Origin: Promethearchaeota archaeon | GTDB taxonomy: Archaea; Asgardarchaeota; Lokiarchaeia; Sigyniarchaeales; SOKP01 | Direction: 5' to 3' | Length of the DNA: 14,825 nucleotides | NCBI GenBank assembly: GCA_048941265.1 | Contig: JBHLNT010000100.1 | Location: 1-14,825 of the forward strand | Part shown: positions 8,491-14,825 of the stretch, one piece after another | Numbering within the stretch: position 1 is the first letter of the stretch | Layout of the letters: every line of letters begins with the position of its first letter | Notes under the pieces: model-generated | What the model was told of the DNA's origin: nothing | Seen by the model: the letters and a program-made list of their open reading frames with translations, nothing else | Databases searched by the model: none | Translations under genes and position numbers: made by a program

Positions 8491-9504
8491 TTATAATTTA
8501 TTTGTAGGATAAAATTTTATCTGCTTTTTCTCTCTAATGTGGGTCACCAGACTTTGCTCTTCTAACATTTTTAAGGTTAAACATACCCAACCCCTTCCAA
8601 TTCTTTGTATTATTTTAGCTCCTTGGGGATAAAGTTCATTAATTAATTCCTTTGGAGTTATTCCCTGTTCTGGGTATTTAGTAACAATCTCTATGACCTG
8701 TTTGGTGCGTTCCTTTCTGTGAACTATAATTTCTTCTACTCGTCGAATTGGATTTTTAATAGGTCTGCCATGAGCGGCTAGTAGAAATTTAAGATTAGGT
8801 AAATTTTTTATCATTTCAAGAGAATTTACATATGATTCTATATTCGAACCTGGCGGTCCTATCCATGTCGTCACATTCTTTATAACATTATCTCCAGATA
8901 ATAAGATTCCCTTTTCTTTATTATAAAGTGAAATATGGTCTATAGCATGACCAGGCGAAGCTATTATTTTCCAGCTTTCATTATTTATTGAAATTTCAGT
9001 ATCTTCCTCAATAATCTCATCGGGATTTTCTATAAATTTGATGCCAAAAGCATATTTATAAAAAAACCAGTGAAAAAAATCATTTATTTTAGATATAGCA
9101 TGCCCCCAAAAATTTTTAATAAGAAATAAATCCTTTAAAAGGTCTGCTTCGCGAGCAGATCTATAAGATTTCTTGTTTTTAATGATTTCAGCCATTTTTT
9201 TTGTAAGAATTACTTTAAGTCCTAAACTTTTACTCAATTTATATAATCCAGAAATATGGTCTGGGTGAGTATGACTCGGTAAAATATGGGTTAATTTAAA
9301 TTCTTTATTTTGTGATTGACATAGGGCTTTGATCTCTTCAATTTCTTTAATAACGGATTTAACCGTTTTCTTATCTCCGTATCCCGCATCAAAAATTAAG
9401 CCATGGCTATCTCCAACTATTATGTAAATATTTACAGGAGGTTTTCTTAATTTAATGACTCCCTTTTCTTTTATTATAAAAATACCAGGAGATACTTCTT
9501 TCAT
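8491..9504 (-). CDS. Metallo-beta-lactamase-fold hydrolase (LACTB2/glyoxalase-II-like) with a probable C-terminal winged helix
   Basis: FDAG, SHTHPDH (HxHxDH), SPGHAIDH, LSGDNV and AAHG metal-ligand motifs; the C-terminus (TPKELINELY...LKMLEEQSLV) fits a wHTH pattern. Confidence 0.9.
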   Translation of the reverse strand: MKEVSPGIFIIKEKGVIKLRKPPVNIYIIVGDSHGLIFDAGYGDKKTVKSVIKEIEEIKALCQSQNKEFKLTHILPSHTHPDHISGLYKLSKSLGLKVILTKKMAEIIKNKKSYRSAREADLLKDLFLIKNFWGHAISKINDFFHWFFYKYAFGIKFIENPDEIIEEDTEISINNESWKIIASPGHAIDHISLYNKEKGILLSGDNVIKNVTTWIGPPGSNIESYVNSLEMIKNLPNLKFLLAAHGRPIKNPIRRVEEIIVHRKERTKQVIEIVTKYPEQGITPKELINELYPQGAKIIQRIGRGWVCLTLKMLEEQSLVTHIREKKQIKFYPTNKL

Positions 9505-9535
9505 TTTAGCTCGTAAGAATAGTTATTAAATTTAA

Positions 9536-10267
9536 TTATTTCCAACTTTCACATTTATGAAAGACAAAATGTCCAACTACATAAGCCAATAAAATCCCTG
9601 CAATTTCATCAATAATATAATGTTGTTTCACAAATAAAGTTGACAGTATAACACCAATCGCAATAGTAAAAGTGATTAATGCTATATTTCTTGATTTTAA
9701 ATCTTGTTTTAATTTATAATACTGATACCAAGTAAAAAAACAAATTATAGACATACCAGCATGCATGCTTGGAAAGCAATTAAATGATGTTTCATTTTCA
9801 TAGTAGAAATACATTATATCTGCAAAAATGTTGCCTTTAATTCTATTGGCTAATAGTTCCTGCCTCCACCAGAATGTTGAAACGGGAAAAATTATATAAA
9901 TAATTGTAGCTATAGCATTCATTATCACTATAGACCATCCTACAGCATACCCTTTTTCTTCCTCAAAAAATGCAAAATATAGCATTGTTAATATAACCAT
10001 GGGGAAGAAAAGAAAAACATAAAAAATTACCATTTCGGGGACAAACGGGATATAATTCTCTCCAAGGAAATCTAACCTATAACCCGTTCCCTCTTCATGC
10101 AGTTGCCCCGTCCAGTTATACAAAATAAGCATAATTATGAAAGCATATAGAAAGAGCATTAAAAACAAATTCCCTAGGATGAATGTTACTTTTCGACTCT
10201 TTTTATTAGATTCCCCTTTGAAAAATATGCTTTCAATGATTTTTTGAAATTTATCGTGAACTTTCAT
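9536..10267 (-). CDS. PAP2-superfamily integral membrane protein (PAP2_3 / Aur1-Ipt1-like)
   Basis: About six hydrophobic segments; LD..IPFVP, NCFPSMH and STLFVKQHYIID catalytic His/His-Asp motifs. Confidence 0.85.
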   Translation of the reverse strand: MKVHDKFQKIIESIFFKGESNKKSRKVTFILGNLFLMLFLYAFIIMLILYNWTGQLHEEGTGYRLDFLGENYIPFVPEMVIFYVFLFFPMVILTMLYFAFFEEEKGYAVGWSIVIMNAIATIIYIIFPVSTFWWRQELLANRIKGNIFADIMYFYYENETSFNCFPSMHAGMSIICFFTWYQYYKLKQDLKSRNIALITFTIAIGVILSTLFVKQHYIIDEIAGILLAYVVGHFVFHKCESWK

Positions 10268-10366
10268 TTAAATCCCTGTAAACGCAATTTAGAATATATA
10301 TTGTGGAAATTAAAGAGACAATATTAATTTTCATATGAATAATACTACATAAATAATATGAGGTTA

Positions 10367-12094
10367 TTAATACCATCTCTGATAGTGGAGAACTTGTTTT
10401 TCTTTTTTTAATATAATTATAAGAAAAGCAAGGATAGTCGACCCTCCAACAAATATTAAAGGTAAAAGAATTATAAGAATTATAACAAGTACTTGCGCCC
10501 CACCCATGGCAATAACTACGAATATGCTTACCAAAACAAATGCACTCATAAAAAGGAGAGCTCCGCTCATACCGATCAGATTGTAAATTAAAAACCACCA
10601 ACCCCACATACTTTTTTTCCCGTTATAATTCTTTCTTAATTTCAGGAGAGTAACCGTAGCGTAGATAATTATTATGGCGCAGATTAATTCATGAATTGAT
10701 TGGGTAAAAAATATTGCCCATGCAATAGGACCCGTCAAAATTAAAATTAAGAAAAACAAGGTTAAGCTCGATATAATAAATAGGTTTCCCATGATTATAG
10801 AAATTATGAGTAGCGCCATCGTAATACTCTTATAAAGTTTTACGGGCTTTGGCTTTTTCTTCTTTAATTCATTGAAATTGACACCACAGTTAGTACAAAA
10901 ATTATATGTTGAACTTATAGCAATTCCACAAATAGGGCAAAAATTATAAGTTATATCTGTTTTGCTTTCAGTAATTTCCTTTCCATCTTTTATTAAAATA
11001 TCACTCCAACCAATACATTTAACATCTTTATCAGCAACGATTATACCCGTGTCGGGACATCGATAGGTTTTTTCCGCCGCTTTTTGAGCGCGATTGTAAA
11101 AAATAAATAAAAAGATATAAGCTATTATAGCCAATATGAGTTGGAATATAATAATTACTAAAAGCAAAATCCATTCATCTTGAATATTAAGTAGCAGAAA
11201 TATAAGATATATCCAAACCCCCGAACTGTTCCATAAGAAATGCATGCTAACAGGTATAAGCCAAATCGGAATAAATATTTTTAAAAATTTTTTTATCTGA
11301 AGTTTGATTGGTAAGTTTTCTTCACCAGACTCAAAACGCAATCTTTCAGCTTTTCCTGCGGCATAACCTCCCAGAGATCCTCCCAATATATGTATTGGAC
11401 CCCAATTTCTAAGAGTTACTTGAAGGTATACATCGAGCGCTGTACCTCCAACCAAAATGGTGGATACAATATAACTTGCAGTTTCTATAGCTTCAAATGT
11501 TAACCCAATCAACATACCAATTAAAAATCCATTCATTTCATTTCCCAACATACCCTTTCTTTTTTTCTCAGAATCTCTACCCCTTTGCAATACAATAAAA
11601 AACGCCAAAATTGAAGGAAGGGATTTATTTAATTCTTCCACTATCGCAGGTGTTACTGCATAAGCTCCAACTGTATAGATAATTACGGCTCCTAATTCAT
11701 TATTAGTAAAAAGATAAAAAATTAACGCAATTACCATCCAAATAGCAAAAATCCCAGTGTTCCAATAAGCAGCCCAAGTGATAACACAAATACCCATTAA
11801 TAAAAATAGTAATAAATATTGACGACTTCCACCAAATATTTCTTCATTTTGTGGCCATTTTTTAGCCTTCCAGTAATAAAGGAGAAGCCAAATTGCATAA
11901 GTAAAGAGTGGTGCTATAATTGCATAGCTATAAATCGTGTAAAGCAATATTGAATCTGGTATATCCTTAGATGTTATGATGATTAAAACGATTATCGCAT
12001 AAACTAAAGAAAGAATCAAGAAAAATGCCCAGATCCTTACCTTAGATGATTCAAGCTTAAGATTTTCTGATTTATATGGATTATTTGAAAGCAT
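10367..12094 (-). CDS. PrsW-family intramembrane glutamic protease with an internal zinc-ribbon region and extra C-terminal TM helices
   Basis: VEELNK (EExxK), GLTFEAIET (FxxxE), GPIH and HFLWN (HxxxN) motifs in order; CPICG...CTNCG Cys pairs; many hydrophobic segments. Confidence 0.8.
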   Translation of the reverse strand: MLSNNPYKSENLKLESSKVRIWAFFLILSLVYAIIVLIIITSKDIPDSILLYTIYSYAIIAPLFTYAIWLLLYYWKAKKWPQNEEIFGGSRQYLLLFLLMGICVITWAAYWNTGIFAIWMVIALIFYLFTNNELGAVIIYTVGAYAVTPAIVEELNKSLPSILAFFIVLQRGRDSEKKRKGMLGNEMNGFLIGMLIGLTFEAIETASYIVSTILVGGTALDVYLQVTLRNWGPIHILGGSLGGYAAGKAERLRFESGEENLPIKLQIKKFLKIFIPIWLIPVSMHFLWNSSGVWIYLIFLLLNIQDEWILLLVIIIFQLILAIIAYIFLFIFYNRAQKAAEKTYRCPDTGIIVADKDVKCIGWSDILIKDGKEITESKTDITYNFCPICGIAISSTYNFCTNCGVNFNELKKKKPKPVKLYKSITMALLIISIIMGNLFIISSLTLFFLILILTGPIAWAIFFTQSIHELICAIIIIYATVTLLKLRKNYNGKKSMWGWWFLIYNLIGMSGALLFMSAFVLVSIFVVIAMGGAQVLVIILIILLPLIFVGGSTILAFLIIILKKEKQVLHYQRWY

Positions 12095-12121
12095 ATTTAT
12101 TTAATTTACTTTATTATATTG

Positions 12122-12178
12122 TATTTAAATAAAAAATATTAGAAGGATATATTAAGATTATTCTTAAAAAATCTTAAT
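12122..12178 (-). promoter_or_regulatory. Candidate TATA box and upstream palindromic operator for the PrsW-like gene
   Basis: TTTAAATA on minus at 12122-12129, 28-35 nt before the ATG; perfect 9-bp inverted repeat ATTAAGATT-N10-AATCTTAAT at 12151-12178. Confidence 0.4.
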
Positions 12179-12249
12179 TTGGTAAAAAAAAGTCCTCTTA
12201 CTTGATTTTAATTCAAAAATCTTTATAATTATAATTAAAAAGAATTTAA

Positions 12250-12275
12250 GAAAAATAAGATAAGGAAAAAAAAGG
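12250..12275 (-). terminator. Probable oligo-T terminator of the histone gene
   Basis: Minus strand reads CCTTTTTTTTCCTTATCTTATTTTTC starting about 35 nt after the histone stop. Confidence 0.5.
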
Positions 12276-12308
12276 AGTTAATTAAAGTTTATACTTCATC
12301 ATCATGGT

Positions 12309-12533
12309 CTATTTGAAGTATTTTATTGCCAAAAGGATGTCATCTCGTGTGACCTTTTTTCTTTTTGCATGTTTGGTCAAAGAGAGAGCAGTTTTGGTAA
12401 TTTTTTCTGCGGAAGCTCCCATCCATTCTACTAATTCATCTACAGCATCACGGGCAACAATAATAGCGCCGTTGTGTTTCATTAATCTGCGGATTGGGCT
12501 CCAGCTGATATATTCACTCATGGGTTTTTTCAT
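12309..12533 (-). CDS. Archaeal histone (HMf-like single histone fold, Asgard/Loki-type)
   Basis: SWSPIRRLMKHNGA...VARDAVDEL...KHAKRKKVTRDDILLA aligns by eye with HMf (PIGRIIKDAGAERVS...HAGRKTIKAEDIELA). GGAGG at 12535-12539 is 1 nt from ATG 12533 and 13 nt from ATG 12521, so the start is ambiguous (74 or 70 aa). Confidence 0.95.
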   Translation of the reverse strand: MKKPMSEYISWSPIRRLMKHNGAIIVARDAVDELVEWMGASAEKITKTALSLTKHAKRKKVTRDDILLAIKYFK

Positions 12534-12606
12534 TCCTCCACTTTATAATTTTTGATAATTTTTTAAGTTGTTAAAGAGTTTATTATATATAATCTGGTCG
12601 TTTACA

Positions 12607-12622
12607 TATTTAAAGATTTTGG
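12607..12622 (-). promoter_or_regulatory. Candidate BRE-TATA promoter of the histone gene
   Basis: Minus strand CCAAAATC-TTTAAATA, about 75-90 nt upstream of the start; implies a leadered mRNA, consistent with the GGAGG site. Confidence 0.5.
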
Positions 12623-13056
12623 TATCCGCATAAATTTATGAGGAGAAAAAATAAAAAAAATTTATCGACAAAATACTATTATGGGATCTAATCAATCTGG
12701 TGCAAGTTTATGATTTTTTATTGAAAAGTTGATTTCGTCAAAATTTAAAGATTTAATATATTTTATCTTACATAATCCTTGCCCATTAAGCTTTATAAAC
12801 GAAATTTAAATAATAAAACGAAATTTTGTCAAATTCCAAAGAGATGAATTGGGCAAATTTGTGTTAGTTATGATTTAATTATTTTTAATTTTTTAGAGGT
12901 GTTATGCATAATTTCGTGAAATATCAGAAAGCTAAGAGTTATCGCAGGAATTAAATTTGTAATTTATACCTTTCAAAGAAAAATACAAATTCAAATTGAA
13001 AAAATGAGAGAAAATAAAGTGATATTCAAGAACTTTTTTGGAAATATTATATCTCA

Positions 13057-14031
13057 TCACCAAATAGTTTGTACACGACTGCAATTCTTACATTCTATTG
13101 ATTCTCCCTTGGCTGGAAATCGATCAAACACACCTCCGCAGTATTTACATTCTAATTCGTATATATCTTCAATTGATTTAATTTTACCTATGCTTAAAAT
13201 ACGTTTTTTGAATTCATTAGAAAGCATAGTTAAAAGGGAAATTAATCCAGAATGATGTTGGGAGGCAGCTAAAAATTCAATTTTATTAGAAACTATTTGA
13301 CCAATCACTAAAACATCTTCTTTCGTATTTAGATCCATACCATAAAACCATGCTATTTTTTTATTTTCATCTTTTGTAATTAATTGGAATTTATGTAAGC
13401 CCATGAGTTGTTCGATATGATTAAAATATAAGTTCATATCTTCTTTTTCTTTTGTTGCTATTCCAAGACTCTTAATTGTTTTTTTAATACCTTTAGTATT
13501 TAGAAAAGCTACTATTTTTGAACTTGGTATTATTTTACCTTCAATTTTAGGCTCAACTATATTAATTTCTGCAGGTTCAGAGTCAAGCACTCTAATGAAA
13601 TCTTTATTATTTACAAAGCTAACATTCGTACTTATCTTTCCTTTCTTATTTAGTAAAAGGGGTTTAAAGTAGAGATTAATTTGGTTTTTACTGTTTTCAC
13701 TTAACTCATCAATCTCGAAGTTAATTTGTTTAGCTCCAGATTCATTTGATTGAGGGGATATAGAAATTGTAGTAGGATTAATTCTTGTTACTATTAAAAA
13801 CTCAGGAAACTTTATTCTTGCTTTAATTTCTGTGATTGGAGCCATACTTTCATTAACAAGCAAAATTCCATATCTGTAAGATGTTCCGAATGGAACCAAT
13901 TCATGGGACATTTTAATTTTATTCTCTTGATCAACCCTTTCGAAAGAATAGGTGCTTTCATCTGATTTTTCTTTATCTTGAGGGCCCTTGAATAATACTA
14001 AACCATGTATCTTGCTTTTTTTTTCGGCCAT
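13057..14031 (-). CDS. Hypothetical protein: predicted Ig-like beta-sandwich + alpha/beta domain + C-terminal C4 zinc ribbon
   Basis: 324-aa ORF; alternating-hydrophobic strands in residues ~38-158, mixed alpha/beta in ~160-282, CKYC...CKNC at the C-terminus; ends in tandem TGA TGA. Confidence 0.8.
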   Translation of the reverse strand: MAEKKSKIHGLVLFKGPQDKEKSDESTYSFERVDQENKIKMSHELVPFGTSYRYGILLVNESMAPITEIKARIKFPEFLIVTRINPTTISISPQSNESGAKQINFEIDELSENSKNQINLYFKPLLLNKKGKISTNVSFVNNKDFIRVLDSEPAEINIVEPKIEGKIIPSSKIVAFLNTKGIKKTIKSLGIATKEKEDMNLYFNHIEQLMGLHKFQLITKDENKKIAWFYGMDLNTKEDVLVIGQIVSNKIEFLAASQHHSGLISLLTMLSNEFKKRILSIGKIKSIEDIYELECKYCGGVFDRFPAKGESIECKNCSRVQTIW

Positions 14032-14169
14032 TTTAATTTTCGCCTTAAATCAGTACATATTTAAGAAATTTTAGTACCTTTATTGTAATTATAAAAATTA
14101 TTTTGTTTTATATATTTTTTTTACCCTAAGAATTTTTTACAGATAAGGTATTAAATTATAATTATAAGT

Positions 14170-14825
14170 ATGTTAGAAGAATTAAACGACTTGTTAGACA
14201 GTGCAACAATTAAACCCACTTTTGAATATGTTCATATCATTCTAGCAATTTTAATATTTAACAATAATCCCAATGGATTGGGAAGATATCGATTAGAAAA
14301 AGAGTTAGCAATAGGATCTGGAACTGCTAAATCTTTAATCAACAAATTAAAAAAGAAAATAAATTTTATATCAGTATTTGAAGATAATATTAGAAAAGGA
14401 CACGTCTTAACAAATAAAGGTAAAGAGTTCTTAATTAAATTCAAAAATAAGATCCCATTTTTAATCCAAGGTGAACCCACAATTTTGAAGGATATAATTA
14501 TTGAGTCTGAAAATTCAAGCGTATATATTTGCCAAGTTAAAAATAGTGCAAATAAAATAACGAATGGTATAGTCCAGAGAGATGCAGCTGTAAAAGTTAA
14601 TGGCAAAGGAGCAAGTTGTATTGTATATAATGGGAAAGATTTTATATTCAAAATAAGTCCCTCTTCGGAAGAGGATAAGGAACATATGAGAGTTAATGAG
14701 GAAGTGCAGAATTATTTTAAAAAAGTAATCATAGGTTCGAATTCAAATTTAGAAAAAAATGATGTTATTATATTAGGTTTAGGAAAAAATTCTGAAATTG
14801 CAAGACTTGCAGCTTTAAATGCTGC
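14170..14825 (+). CDS. N-terminal winged-helix + DUF4443-like protein, 3'-truncated (not in the ORF track)
   Basis: Translated by hand: open from ATG 14170 to the window end (MLEELNDLLDSATIKPTFEYVHIILAILIF...LGRYRLEKELAIGSGTAKSLINKLK...KGHVLTNKG...NGIVQRDAAVKVNGKGAS...DVIILGLG...ARLAALNA). PxF..H, GRxxL..EL.IG.G and G..QRDAAV..G..GA match my recollection of archaeal DUF4443 proteins. Confidence 0.85.
   Translation, partial: MLEELNDLLDSATIKPTFEYVHIILAILIFNNNPNGLGRYRLEKELAIGSGTAKSLINKLKKKINFISVFEDNIRKGHVLTNKGKEFLIKFKNKIPFLIQGEPTILKDIIIESENSSVYICQVKNSANKITNGIVQRDAAVKVNGKGASCIVYNGKDFIFKISPSSEEDKEHMRVNEEVQNYFKKVIIGSNSNLEKNDVIILGLGKNSEIARLAALNA

Noticed and set aside
8491-9504. MBL protein as an antibiotic-resistance beta-lactamase or beta-CASP nuclease
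   Set aside because: No signal peptide and no beta-CASP domain; the layout fits generic LACTB2-like hydrolases.
10251-10607. 118-aa Cys/Tyr-rich minus-strand ORF
   Set aside because: Out-of-frame reading of PrsW hydrophobic codons; overlaps two real genes.
12304-12555. 83-aa plus-strand ORF
   Set aside because: Antisense shadow of the histone gene.
12534-13056. Classical Orc1/Cdc6 origin, CRISPR array or tRNA in the long intergenic region
   Set aside because: No ORB consensus with G-string, no adjacent cdc6, no regularly spaced 25-40 bp repeats and no cloverleaf-like GC-rich segment.
13054-13059. Tandem TGA TGA as possible selenocysteine read-through (Lokiarchaeia are known to use Sec)
   Set aside because: The protein ends naturally after the zinc ribbon, the read-through looks non-coding and T-rich, and I saw no convincing SECIS downstream. 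A double stop is simpler.
13004-13255. 83-aa plus-strand ORF
   Set aside because: Mostly antisense to the zinc-ribbon end of the 324-aa gene; no motifs.
14232-14651. 139-aa minus-strand ORF
   Set aside because: Antisense shadow of the DUF4443-like gene on the plus strand.

Overview
Very AT-rich, gene-dense archaeal-looking DNA, most consistent with an Asgard (Lokiarchaeia-type) chromosome. This assignment is inferred from the histone sequence and gene content, not from a search. In order: a 5'-truncated DUF5682/YehM-like gene and a CoxE/YehP-like VWA gene (+); a Hef/FANCM-type SF2 helicase with no recognisable ERCC4 nuclease domain (-); a GPH-family MFS transporter (+); then minus-strand genes for a TPR protein, an MBL-fold hydrolase, a PAP2/Aur1-like membrane enzyme, a PrsW-family protease with zinc ribbons, an archaeal histone and a 324-aa beta-sandwich + alpha/beta + zinc-ribbon protein; last, a 3'-truncated wHTH-DUF4443-like gene (+) missed by the ORF track. 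No rRNA, tRNA, CRISPR array or mobile element was seen. The best leads are the possible adaptin-appendage-like protein, the nuclease-less Hef, the histone with an altered L1-L2 pair and its repeat-bearing upstream region, and the PrsW/PAP2/MBL block. No complete novel system can be established from sequence alone.
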